Shown: piece by piece, positions 21,071-30,515 of the stretch
Layout: each line of letters starts with the position of its first letter
How positions within the stretch are numbered: position 1 is the first letter of the stretch
Source of the DNA: Candidatus Buchananbacteria bacterium RIFCSPLOWO2_01_FULL_39_33
GTDB lineage: Bacteria; Patescibacteriota; Patescibacteriia; 2-01-FULL-39-33
NCBI GenBank assembly: GCA_001817505.1
Contig: MHIM01000004.1
Span: forward strand, 6,953-70,952
Length of the DNA stretch: 64,000 nucleotides
Direction of reading: 5' to 3'
Notes under the pieces: generated by a model
The model's input: the letters and a program-made list of their open reading frames with translations, nothing else
Told to the model about the DNA's origin: nothing
Database searches by the model: none
Made by a program: the position numbers and the translations under genes

Positions 21071-21596
21071 GTTCAAACAAGTTGGATGGTTGCTCTGATG
21101 CCGTCAATTGGCGGAATATCGGAGAGGAAAGTCCGAACACTCTTTGATAATTTATCAATATTTATCAATGTCATGGTAGTGGGTAACGCCCACCGGCTAG
21201 ATTGCAAAATATAGTCAGGACCAGTTCCACAGAGACAATACTAACCAGTACTACGCATTAGAAATCCTAAATCCAAAAATACAAACCCCAAATAAATTAA
21301 TTCAAAAAATAAAAATTGAATTCAAAATTGGGAGTTGGAAATTTGGTGCTTGGAATTTCCACTGCGTGGTAGTGGTAAAAGGTGAAAAGTGTTATGATGT
21401 TTTGGGATTAAGCAAGGGATATCCCCTTAGCCCAAAGCTACATGACTCAACTGTCGGCAACCGGCAGTTTGTGGTAAACTCTACCTGGTGCAACCTCAAA
21501 TATAGTAGAGGGCTGGAGCTTGCCAGCAATGACAAGCCAAGATAGATAACCATCTCCCTAACAGGAACAGAATTCGGCTTACAGGCTTGTTTGAAC
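21071..21596 (+). ncRNA. rnpB: RNase P RNA, enlarged
   Basis: P1 gttcaaacaag/cttgtttgaac, GAGGAAAGTCC, GGTAAC loop, ACAGAGA, GGTGAAA, GGTAAACTC..GTGCAA, ACAGAATTCGGCTTA. Confidence 0.93.
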
Positions 21597-21630
21597 AAAA
21601 AAAATCACAACTTTAAGTTGTGATTTTTTT
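21597..21630. terminator. bidirectional terminator after rnpB
   Basis: aaaaaaaatcacaac-ttta-agttgtgattttttt. Confidence 0.75.
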
Positions 21631-21642
21631 ATCGGCTGAATT

Positions 21643-22041
21643 TTAAAACCGCTCATCAATGGCCTCATTAACCAGTTGGTCGGCTTCTTTATTATCCTCC
21701 CGAAATATATGGATGAATTTTACCTTTTTAAACTGTTGAGTCAGATTCCAAACCTGGATAAATAATGGCCTTAGACCTTCATTTTTAACCTTATACTCCC
21801 TTTTCAATTGTCTAACTACTAATTCCGAATCCAAATAGCAATCAACTTCACTGACACCGGCTTTTTTGGCTTCAGTCAAACCCAAAATCAAAGCCTGATA
21901 TTCAGCTTGATTATTGGTGGACTCGCCGATATATTTTTTAAAAATTTTTTTCTGACCGCTGATTTCCAAAACTACGCCAATACCCGCCGGTCCAGGATTG
22001 CCTCGAGCGCCGCCATCGGTGTGCAAAATCGCTTTAGACAT
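21643..22041 (-). CDS. rnhA: ribonuclease HI
   Basis: TDGGARGNPGPAG, TNNQAEY, DSELVV, REDNKEAD; probable start MSKAI. Confidence 0.93.
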   Translation of the reverse strand: MSKAILHTDGGARGNPGPAGIGVVLEISGQKKIFKKYIGESTNNQAEYQALILGLTEAKKAGVSEVDCYLDSELVVRQLKREYKVKNEGLRPLFIQVWNLTQQFKKVKFIHIFREDNKEADQLVNEAIDERF

Positions 22042-22160
22042 AATGCTTAACATTTATTAATACTAAGAATATTATATTCATAGTTCGTTTCACTTATAAC
22101 ACAGTGGGGTCTTTTATTTATTATAATATAATTTTATACGAGCCTTATAAAATGAATTTG

Positions 22161-22320
22161 ACTGCGGTCTAAAGACCGCAGTACCTGCCTGCCGGCAGGC
22201 AGGTCTGGGCAAATTCAGAATGACTGGTAGAGACGGGGCATGCCCCGTCTCTACCGCCGACAATATTTTTTCTCACACTGGCCTTCATCCCCTGGCTTAA
22301 AAGCCAGGGGTATTCGGCCA
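22161..22320. repeat. cluster of four unrelated palindromes (REP/MITE-like)
   Basis: actgcggtctaaagaccgcagt; acctgcctgccggcaggcaggt; ggtagagacggggcatgccccgtctctacc; cccctggcttaaaagccagggg. Confidence 0.8.
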
Positions 22321-22326
22321 GCAACA

Positions 22327-22854
22327 TTATAAATTATACCAAAAGTTGAGTAAAATAAAAGCTCTTTGGGTAGTTACCAAAGAGCTAATTGATTCAATTT
22401 GACTTTTGACAGCCAAAAAGCCATGCCCTTCATGCCAAAGAAAATTGGCATAATCCAATTTCAGGCAACGCCGGTCATCATCGGTTACATCTAAGCTGGC
22501 GACCATCAAAAGATTTATGGATATTTTCCAAACGGAAGCTAAAGCGGAAATCGGCAAAGTTCTTTGTTTTTCTGGATAGCTAGCTCCCAAAGCCAAAAGA
22601 TGTTCTATTCTAGCCGAGTCATAACTTTCTAACCTCAGTCTTTCCCTAACAGCCGCTGAAGACATTTGACAATCAAAAGAAAAAATTCCCAACTCAACCT
22701 CCGGCTCTCCTTTAATTATCGGAAAATTATCTAGGGTGATATCACTATCAACCACTTGATAACGGCCAGCTGAAATCATCTGGGGCAGGGTCAACCTATA
22801 ATTAATCCTAAAGCGGACAAGCGGCCTGAAAGTGGACTTGGCACTCCTAACCAT
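22327..22854 (-). CDS. hypothetical protein
   Basis: 175-aa ORF with AGGAG SD. Confidence 0.6.
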   Translation of the reverse strand: MVRSAKSTFRPLVRFRINYRLTLPQMISAGRYQVVDSDITLDNFPIIKGEPEVELGIFSFDCQMSSAAVRERLRLESYDSARIEHLLALGASYPEKQRTLPISALASVWKISINLLMVASLDVTDDDRRCLKLDYANFLWHEGHGFLAVKSQIESISSLVTTQRAFILLNFWYNL

Positions 22855-22943
22855 AGCACTTCTCCTGACTGTTTTACCCAGTTAATATCCGGTTTCTTAA
22901 AGATCTTGGTAAATTATAGCACATCCAAGATGATTGTCAATAT

Positions 22944-24671
22944 TTATATTTCGCTTTTCTTTAAATCAACAACCTTCAATTGCAATTCTCTATTATTATT
23001 CCATTCATTGATCCCGATTTCAAAAACCACATCTAGCTGGTCACCAATATCCAATTTAGTGCACCACTGGCTGAAATAAAAGCCGATAATTTTATGGCTG
23101 ACCGGATGATTGGCTTGACTAACCATTGCTCGCAAGTGCTGGCCGTCGCTGCCCACCATTTGTAGTTGTTCAATTCTTAGATTTTTTACCAAAAATAAAG
23201 GTTGGGGATTAGCCTCACCATAGGGCTCAAACCTTTTTAGCCAATTATAGAAATTCCAATCAATATCAGCTAAACTTATTGCCGCTTCAATACTTAAAAC
23301 CGGTTTTAAATCAAGCCCGGATAATTCTGCTTGAGCAATGGCTGATAATTTTTCTTTGAATTTATTAAAATTATCTTGGCCCAAAACCGTAAAGCCGCAG
23401 GCCTGGGGATGGCCGCCATATTTTTCCAAATATTTATCACTTTGCTTTAAAGCGCCAGTGATATCAAAAATATCAATACTTCGGCCTGAGCCGACGTATT
23501 TATCTCCGTCTTTAGCAACAACTATGGCCGGTAGATTATATTTATCGCTGATTTTGCCGGCCACCAAACCGACAATGCCCGGCTGCCAATTTTCCCCCAC
23601 CGCCCACAATAATTTCTCATTTTTAATAGCCTCAACTTGCCTTTCCGCTTCCCTTAAAATGGCGGCAGTAATTGATTGGCGCTCAGTGTTTTCTTTTTCC
23701 AATTGCCCGATTAATTTGGCTGACTCTTCAACGTCTTCTGAAACGATTAACCTGAAAGCTGAAGAAGCGTGATTGACCCGACCGGCCGCATTGATTCTGG
23801 GGACCAGACGCCAGCTGATATATTGGGCGTCTATTTCACCGCTGTAATGATTGACTTGTTCAATGATTTTCATCACCCCGGCGCGCCGTGTTTTATTTAA
23901 AACTATCAGGCCATACTTTACCAACACTCGATTCTCGCCCAATAAGGAAACCATATCACCGACAGTGGCAATCGCCACCAAATCCAACAGCCACTTGTCA
24001 AAACCGGCCGGAATCTTAGAGCTTAACTTAAATTCATTTTGTTTCTTCATCAGCGCCTGGACGATCTTAAAAGCCACACCAGTGCCGCAAAGATACCGGA
24101 AAGGATAAGTAGAATTTTTTAACGACGGATTGATAATAGCTAAGGCGCTATTAGGCAGTTCCAACGGCTCTTGATGATGATCGGTTATAATTACCTCAAC
24201 GCCTTGGCTTTTAAAAAGAGCGACTTCTTCTTTATTGGCAATGCCGCAATCAACGGTAATCACTAATTTATAGCCATTAGCAATAATTTCTTGGACGGCC
24301 GCCGGATTCAAGCCATAGCCCTCCTTTTCCCGAAAAGGAATCCAGACACCGACATTTATCCCTAATTTTTTCAAAGCATTGTATAGCACTGCGGTAGCGC
24401 AAACGCCGTCAGCGTCATAATCGCCATAAATCATAACTGGTTCATTATTCTTAGCAGCGGCTAAAATTCTCTTGACTGCTTTCTCCATATCGGCAAATAA
24501 AAAAGGATCTATGATTTGTTTTTCATAGTCGGGATTTAAAAAATCGTTGATTGCCCGGGGCTCGGTTAAACCTCGGTGATAAAGCAATTGCCGGATTATT
24601 TTGTTAGCCACGGGAAAATTCTCAACCAGCTGATCGGCGGCTGGTTCAAGAACTTGCCAGGTTTTTGGCAT
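22944..24671 (-). CDS. recJ: single-stranded-DNA exonuclease RecJ
   Basis: GDYDADG, TVDCG, TDHH, PRINAAGR, GSGRS, GGHPQACG. Confidence 0.97.
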   Translation of the reverse strand: MPKTWQVLEPAADQLVENFPVANKIIRQLLYHRGLTEPRAINDFLNPDYEKQIIDPFLFADMEKAVKRILAAAKNNEPVMIYGDYDADGVCATAVLYNALKKLGINVGVWIPFREKEGYGLNPAAVQEIIANGYKLVITVDCGIANKEEVALFKSQGVEVIITDHHQEPLELPNSALAIINPSLKNSTYPFRYLCGTGVAFKIVQALMKKQNEFKLSSKIPAGFDKWLLDLVAIATVGDMVSLLGENRVLVKYGLIVLNKTRRAGVMKIIEQVNHYSGEIDAQYISWRLVPRINAAGRVNHASSAFRLIVSEDVEESAKLIGQLEKENTERQSITAAILREAERQVEAIKNEKLLWAVGENWQPGIVGLVAGKISDKYNLPAIVVAKDGDKYVGSGRSIDIFDITGALKQSDKYLEKYGGHPQACGFTVLGQDNFNKFKEKLSAIAQAELSGLDLKPVLSIEAAISLADIDWNFYNWLKRFEPYGEANPQPLFLVKNLRIEQLQMVGSDGQHLRAMVSQANHPVSHKIIGFYFSQWCTKLDIGDQLDVVFEIGINEWNNNRELQLKVVDLKKSEI

Positions 24672-24782
24672 TTATCTAAGCTAAGTAATTAATAACTATC
24701 TCAATTTTAACAGAGATAAAAATAATTGACAATTGACAATTATTTTAATATCATTATTAGTGTTACCCTAAACTAATTTGGC

Positions 24783-24878
24783 ATGAAAAAGCAAAAAATA
24801 CAAAAAACTATTTGGACTATCATAGTCATCCTGATGATTTTGTCAATGATAATTTTTACCTTAGCTCCCTTGCTATAA
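24783..24878 (+). CDS. 31-aa single-TM small protein MKKQKIQKTIWTIIVILMILSMIIFTLAPLL
   Basis: basic N-terminus plus hydrophobic helix; TTGACA upstream; below the ORF-track cutoff. Confidence 0.5.
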   Translation: MKKQKIQKTIWTIIVILMILSMIIFTLAPLL

Positions 24879-24903
24879 AATTGATATGGGATAAAGCCGG
24901 CTT

Positions 24904-26679
24904 TTATTTCTTCAAAACCGCCAAAAAAGCGTCGGCAGGTATATCAATTCGGCCGGTAACCATCATTTTCTTTTTGCCTTTTTTTTGCTTTTCCAAAAGC
25001 TTCTGCCTTCGACTCCAATCGCCGCCGTAAAGCTTGGCGGTAACATCTTTCCTTAAAGCCGAAATTCTTTCCGCCGCGATGATTTTGCCGCCAACTGCCG
25101 CTTGGATTTTAACAACAAATTGCTGTCTGGGCAATTTATTTTTCAGGATAGTGACTAGCCGGCGGCCCACTTCACCAGCCGAGTCCTTATAAGTTATCAG
25201 CGATAAGGCCTCAACCTTTTCTTCGGCTACCAGAATGTCCATTTTTACCGCTTCCGTTTTCTGCCAGCCGTAAAAATTATAATTTAAGCTGGCATAACCG
25301 GAAGAAATCGATTTCAACTTGTCATAAAAATCAACTATTAATTGGGTCAGGGGCAGATAATAATGCAAGATGGCCATCTCCCGGTCTAAATATTCGGTAT
25401 TGATGTAGGTCCCTCTTTTTTCGGCTGCCAGTTGCATTATTGTCCCCAAATATTGCTTGGGTGTGAAAATATCAACCTGCATCACCGGCTCTTCCACATA
25501 ATTTATAAAAGTCGGATCAGGAAATTCAATCGGGTTATAAATCATTTTTTCGCCGCCGCTCTTATAACAAACCTTGTAAGCCACACTGGGAGTGGTAACA
25601 ATCAGATCAAGGTCGAATTCGCGTTTTAATCTTTCCTGAAAAATTTCCAAATGCAGCAAGCCCAAAAACCCGCATCTAAAGCCAAAGCCCAGCGCCTGAG
25701 AATTTTCCGGTTCATACATCAGTGAAGCGTCATTGAGTTTGAGCTTTTCTACGGCCTCGCGCAACTTGGTATAATCGCTGCCGTCTTTACAAAAAACTCC
25801 GGCATAAACCATTGGTTTAATTTCCTGAAAACCCGGCCAGGGATTGACTTTGGCTTCAGCCAGTGTAATAGTATCGCCGACTTTCACTTGAGAAACATCG
25901 CGCAGGCCGGTGACTAAATAACCGATTTCCCCAGTTGTTAATCGGTTGCTTTTTACATATTGGGGAGAAAAATAACCAACTTCCAGCGCCTTAGCCAACT
26001 TATTACTGGCCACGAATTTTACCGCTTCGCCATTTTTGATTTCGCCTTCAAAAACCCTGATATAAGCAATCACTCCTTTATATTCATCATAAAGAGAATC
26101 AAAAATTAAGGCCCGAAGATTTTTTTTATCAGGGGCTATAGCCGGCGGCGGTACCTTGGCTATGACCGCCTTTAAAACACCTTCAACGCCTGCGCCGGTT
26201 TTAGCCGAAACCTTATAAATTTCCTCCTCCCGACAACCTAAAATGCTAATGATTTCCTCTTGGACTCTGTCTATCTGCGCGTTGGGCAGATCAATTTTAT
26301 TAATGACCGGTATAATCTCCAAATTCTGATCCAGCGCCAAATACAAATTGGCCAAGGTCTGGGCCTGGATTCCTTGGGTGGCATCAACCAACAGTATCGC
26401 TCCTTCAACCGACATTAAACTGCGGGAAACCTCATAAGTAAAATCAACATGGCCGGGAGTATCAATTAAATTCAATTCATAACCACCATATTTCATTCTA
26501 ACCGGCTGGAGTTTGATAGTAATTCCCCTCTCCTGCTCAATATCCATTTGATCCAGAAGCTGGGCTTTCATATGCCGCTTATCAACCGTGCCGGTAATTT
26601 CCAGCATACGATCGGCTAAAGTTGACTTGCCATGGTCAATATGAGCGATAACGCAGAAATTGCGTATTTTATTGGTCAT
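24904..26679 (-). CDS. lepA: translation elongation factor 4
   Basis: IRNFCVIAHIDHGKSTLADR, DTPGHVDF, GFRCGFLGLLH, RKDVTAKLYGGD; probable start MTNKIRN. Confidence 0.98.
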   Translation of the reverse strand: MTNKIRNFCVIAHIDHGKSTLADRMLEITGTVDKRHMKAQLLDQMDIEQERGITIKLQPVRMKYGGYELNLIDTPGHVDFTYEVSRSLMSVEGAILLVDATQGIQAQTLANLYLALDQNLEIIPVINKIDLPNAQIDRVQEEIISILGCREEEIYKVSAKTGAGVEGVLKAVIAKVPPPAIAPDKKNLRALIFDSLYDEYKGVIAYIRVFEGEIKNGEAVKFVASNKLAKALEVGYFSPQYVKSNRLTTGEIGYLVTGLRDVSQVKVGDTITLAEAKVNPWPGFQEIKPMVYAGVFCKDGSDYTKLREAVEKLKLNDASLMYEPENSQALGFGFRCGFLGLLHLEIFQERLKREFDLDLIVTTPSVAYKVCYKSGGEKMIYNPIEFPDPTFINYVEEPVMQVDIFTPKQYLGTIMQLAAEKRGTYINTEYLDREMAILHYYLPLTQLIVDFYDKLKSISSGYASLNYNFYGWQKTEAVKMDILVAEEKVEALSLITYKDSAGEVGRRLVTILKNKLPRQQFVVKIQAAVGGKIIAAERISALRKDVTAKLYGGDWSRRQKLLEKQKKGKKKMMVTGRIDIPADAFLAVLKK

Positions 26680-26810
26680 AAAAATTAATCTAAGTGTCTT
26701 ACCGCGAAAAAAATTGACTAAAAAACCAATCAATGCTAAATTATTGTATCAGGAAGCACCTTTAAAATCAACCTGGTTAAAAACCAAAACGGCAACTTGG
26801 GAGAAAAACC

Positions 26811-27458
26811 ATGGCTAAAAAGCCGGGATTAAAAAGTAAAAAATTGTTTTTAGCCTTTTTGATTATTGGCCTATTAATAAATCCGATTGGCCTTAGCCAG
26901 TCGGCTGGTCAACCGGCAATTAAATTATTTTCCATCTTGCCTAATCTTGATAAATTATTGCGACAAAAACCGGCGCCGTATGAATTGCATACTATCTCCT
27001 TAGTTGATGCTCATCCCAGCCGGAAAAGCCTCATAGAAGTATCAATTAGGGGGGACAAAAAAGGGGTCTTCATCCATATCCGCCACAAAATCCGTCCCGG
27101 CTGGCTGAAAAGAATAAATTACCAACTCACTCTGACTGATGAACCAATAAAAACCAGTGATGGTTTTAAATTTGGCAATATCACTGAAATCAAAGCTAAT
27201 TTCTCCAATAACTACGGGCAAAATTCTCAAGGCTTGGCTATGACTGTTTCTAAAAGTGTTTATTTTGATGTTGACCAAGGGCCTTGGCCGCCGGCTATGC
27301 TGGCTGATTTGGAAAAACTTTATGATTCAGTCGCTGAGGCCATTTTAAACCAGGATAATGATTCAATCCACCAAATAACCCATCAACTCCAATTAGCCGA
27401 TTTCTTTCAAAAACACCGGCTCATCAACGAAGAAGATGTCACGGTGCGATCTAAATAA
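26811..27458 (+). CDS. hypothetical exported protein
   Basis: signal-peptide-like N-terminus, GGGAG SD, hairpin downstream. Confidence 0.65.
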   Translation: MAKKPGLKSKKLFLAFLIIGLLINPIGLSQSAGQPAIKLFSILPNLDKLLRQKPAPYELHTISLVDAHPSRKSLIEVSIRGDKKGVFIHIRHKIRPGWLKRINYQLTLTDEPIKTSDGFKFGNITEIKANFSNNYGQNSQGLAMTVSKSVYFDVDQGPWPPAMLADLEKLYDSVAEAILNQDNDSIHQITHQLQLADFFQKHRLINEEDVTVRSK

Positions 27459-27577
27459 GCCGATAATGCTCCTCTTTTTGGGGAGCTTTTATTCTTATTA
27501 TGATTAAATTGACACAACTATAAAATTATACTAAGATGAATTTGGTTATTAGCACCTTTAAACCAAGGAGAAAAACA

Positions 27578-28078
27578 ATGTCTAACAGAAAAAAGGAGTT
27601 AATTGGTTTTATCTCATTTATTCTGATGTTGCTCTTTTTACTATTAACCCTGCTCGGCACTAATCAGGAAAAAAACTTAACTATTGTCCTTAAAGAGGGC
27701 TCAATTTTACAAAAGGCCTTAATTATCGGCGACCCTAAAAAACCAATAATTAACCCGCGATCGGTTTCAACTTCGGTACTAATGGAAAATAACGAATATT
27801 ACCAAAAGTCATTGAAAGCCAAAAATGCCGGTTTATTGGGTAAGTCCGACATTTATTTCCAGTGGGCCAAAGAAACGGTAATGAAACAAATCAAGACCTA
27901 TGCTCAAACAAACAATATTGGATTCATCTTTGAAGAAGGACCGTTTTTCAAATTTTTAAGGACCAAATTGGATTTTGCCAATAAAACCAACAAGGAGTTG
28001 AGAGAAGAATTTGATCTAACCGATGCTATTATAAAATCAGTTAGGCAAGAAAAGGCCAAGGCGGCAAAGAAGCAATAA
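27578..28078 (+). CDS. hypothetical membrane-anchored protein
   Basis: AAGGAG SD before MSNRKK, N-terminal TM; terminator at 28091-28115. Confidence 0.65.
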   Translation: MSNRKKELIGFISFILMLLFLLLTLLGTNQEKNLTIVLKEGSILQKALIIGDPKKPIINPRSVSTSVLMENNEYYQKSLKAKNAGLLGKSDIYFQWAKETVMKQIKTYAQTNNIGFIFEEGPFFKFLRTKLDFANKTNKELREEFDLTDAIIKSVRQEKAKAAKKQ

Positions 28079-28122
28079 AATGGTTTAACAAAAACCTCCT
28101 ATTAAAGGAGGTTTTATTTTTT

Positions 28123-28212
28123 CTCCCACTCCTTTGGCACTTCGTGCTACTCCCCCCTGCCTACCCTGACTACCGGCAGGCCGGCCGGACAAACAAGCTC
28201 GGGCAGGTAGAG
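28123..28212. repeat. composite of nested palindromic elements
   Basis: ctcccactcctttggcacttcgtgctactccc...tcgggcaggtagag resembles the uvrA insert at 51714-51760; nested cctgcctac/cctgactaccggcagg units. Confidence 0.55.
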
Positions 28213-28221
28213 ATAATCAAA

Positions 28222-29922
28222 TTAAACACCCTCACCTTCCTGACTGGTATCTTCAGCCACTTTGACCGCTCTAAACAATTTTTTCTGCATCGCGCTGACA
28301 AAAACAGCCATTTCCGCCATATTAAGCAGATAACCCAAAAGCCAATAGCCCAACAAGCCAATACTGCCGGCTATAAAACCCTGGAAGAATAAACCTAAAA
28401 AGGTCTCAGTCATTACCAATTTAGCCAATAATTGCAAAGAAGCGTAAGTAAAAAGCCCGGCGCCCAATGAAGCAAAAATTATTCTCATTGACGAATCCAA
28501 TATTTTTCGGCCATCCAATCGGCCTATCTTGCGCCTTAAAGCTAATAATAAAAAGAAGAGATTGATTAAGGATGAGAAAGAAATGGCCAGCGGCATGGCT
28601 AAGACCCGCAGATCAGCCACTGACCACAAATCAGCCATTTTTAATTCAGCGATAACAAAAAATGAAAACCAATTTGGCCAACTAAAAACCCAAGCAAAAA
28701 AGACCAGTCCGGTTAAATTGGCAATCAACGCCAATAAGCCGATGTAAAACGGCGTTTTGGTGTCATGCAGGGCATAAAAGCCACGTACCAAAAGAGGCAG
28801 AGTCCCTTGGGCAAACAGGCCTAAGGCAAAGATGGCTAAGGTCGCCGCTGTCAGCCGGGTATCTAGCCAACTAAACGCTCCACTGCCTAAAATTATCCTG
28901 ACAATTTGAGCGCGCAGAACATAAAGCAAGATTGAGATTGGAATAATAAAAAACAAGGTTTGTCTAAAAGTGCTAGAAATGACCGAGACAAAATCAGCCA
29001 AGTTATTTTTAACAGCTAAAGTTGAGAGTATCGGCAAAGCCGCTACCGCTAAGGACACGCCAAAAATTCCCAAAGGAAAACTTTGTAAATTATTTGATAA
29101 ATTAAAAATGGCCAGTGAACCAACCGCTAAGGTAGAACCAACAACAGTAACCACTAAAAAATTAACCTGATTAATAATCAACGTCAAGGTCCTGGGAATT
29201 AAAAGCCGGCCGACCTTTCTGACATTTTTATCACGCCAGTTAAAAATCGCTTGATATTTATAGCCCAAAGAAAAAGTTGGCGGAATTTGCACCAGTAAAT
29301 GGAAAAACGACCCTAAAACCACACCCCAAGCCAAACCGTAAATCCCGAAATAATCAACCAAGTACAAAGCGCCAATAATAATGCCGACATTATAAAAAAT
29401 CGGCGCCAGCGAATAAACAAAAAACCGCCTAAACGATTGGAGAATTGAGCCAAAAATGGCCGATAGGCCTAAAAATATCGGGCTCAAAAACATTATCTTA
29501 GAAAGGCTGATAACCATCGCCATTTTTTCTTGGCTAAAGCCCGGCGTGATCAGTGGCATTAGGTAGGGAGTGCTCAAAAATAAAAGCGCGCAAATAACCA
29601 CGACCGCCAAAAACAATAAATTTAAAACGCTGTTTATCAGCTTCCAGGCCTCATTTTCCCCGCCGAATTTTTTAACTATCAAGCCGGTAAAAACCGGAAT
29701 CAAACCGGCCGAGATGGCTCCCAATATCAGGATATTATAAACCAAATCCGGCAAGCGGAAAGCGGCATAATAGGCATCTAAAGTATCGCCGGCGCCGAAT
29801 TGCGCCGCCAAAATCCGATCGCGGAAGATGCCTAAGATTCGGCTAATTAAAGACAGGGCGCCGATGATTATCGCCGCCGAAGTGATGGTCTTGGCCTGGG
29901 AATTGATTAACTTATTAAACAC
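28222..29922 (-). CDS. murJ: lipid II flippase MurJ (MviN)
   Basis: SRILGIFRD, FGAG..LDAY.AAFRLPD, FYALHDTKTP. Confidence 0.95.
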   Translation of the reverse strand: MFNKLINSQAKTITSAAIIIGALSLISRILGIFRDRILAAQFGAGDTLDAYYAAFRLPDLVYNILILGAISAGLIPVFTGLIVKKFGGENEAWKLINSVLNLLFLAVVVICALLFLSTPYLMPLITPGFSQEKMAMVISLSKIMFLSPIFLGLSAIFGSILQSFRRFFVYSLAPIFYNVGIIIGALYLVDYFGIYGLAWGVVLGSFFHLLVQIPPTFSLGYKYQAIFNWRDKNVRKVGRLLIPRTLTLIINQVNFLVVTVVGSTLAVGSLAIFNLSNNLQSFPLGIFGVSLAVAALPILSTLAVKNNLADFVSVISSTFRQTLFFIIPISILLYVLRAQIVRIILGSGAFSWLDTRLTAATLAIFALGLFAQGTLPLLVRGFYALHDTKTPFYIGLLALIANLTGLVFFAWVFSWPNWFSFFVIAELKMADLWSVADLRVLAMPLAISFSSLINLFFLLLALRRKIGRLDGRKILDSSMRIIFASLGAGLFTYASLQLLAKLVMTETFLGLFFQGFIAGSIGLLGYWLLGYLLNMAEMAVFVSAMQKKLFRAVKVAEDTSQEGEGV

Positions 29923-29996
29923 TTGACAAATTAATTTATTTTAATTATGCTGTAAACAGTCATTAGCACCTTACAACTGAAGAAGGAGAAAAGAAT

Positions 29997-30242
29997 ATGA
30001 GAAAGAGAACTATTACTACCATTCCTAATCCCTCAGAAATGTTAGCACTGGCTAATAAACTTAGAACTGCTCTTCCCCACCCTGAACTGATTAGCAATAT
30101 AGATGTGTGTTCAATAGAAAATACCGTTAGGTTCACTTATTACTGCCGGCTATTTGAAGTATCAACTGATTTGCAGGTTCGACCAATACACGCTTATGAC
30201 GAAGTAATAGCTGTTTTAATTGAAGCGTTACTTAAAAAGTAA
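29997..30242 (+). CDS. hypothetical protein
   Basis: AAGGAG SD, TTGACA promoter upstream. Confidence 0.6.
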   Translation: MRKRTITTIPNPSEMLALANKLRTALPHPELISNIDVCSIENTVRFTYYCRLFEVSTDLQVRPIHAYDEVIAVLIEALLKK

Positions 30243-30288
30243 AATAACTTTCGTTTAAAATCCTCAACAAAAGGGAAAGGAGAAAGAA

Positions 30289-30486
30289 GTGATGAAAAGA
30301 AATTACAATGTTTGGCCATTAATAATGTTTCTTCTCTCTATGCTCTGCTTGGTACTCTATGCCATTTCTGATGAGACGTATCTCGGTATTCTTATTATTT
30401 ATTTTCTGCTACTCTATGTCAAAGATGAAATAATTGATAAAATCGAAGAAATTAAAAAAGAACTCAAAAATATACAACATCACTAA
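30289..30486 (+). CDS. small membrane protein
   Basis: two hydrophobic segments plus charged tail, AAGGAG SD. Confidence 0.6.
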   Translation: MMKRNYNVWPLIMFLLSMLCLVLYAISDETYLGILIIYFLLLYVKDEIIDKIEEIKKELKNIQHH

Positions 30487-30515
30487 CCATAATAACTCCT
30501 AACGGAGTTATTTTT

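Noticed and set aside
21392-21598. 68-aa ORF
   Set aside because: Antisense shadow of rnpB.
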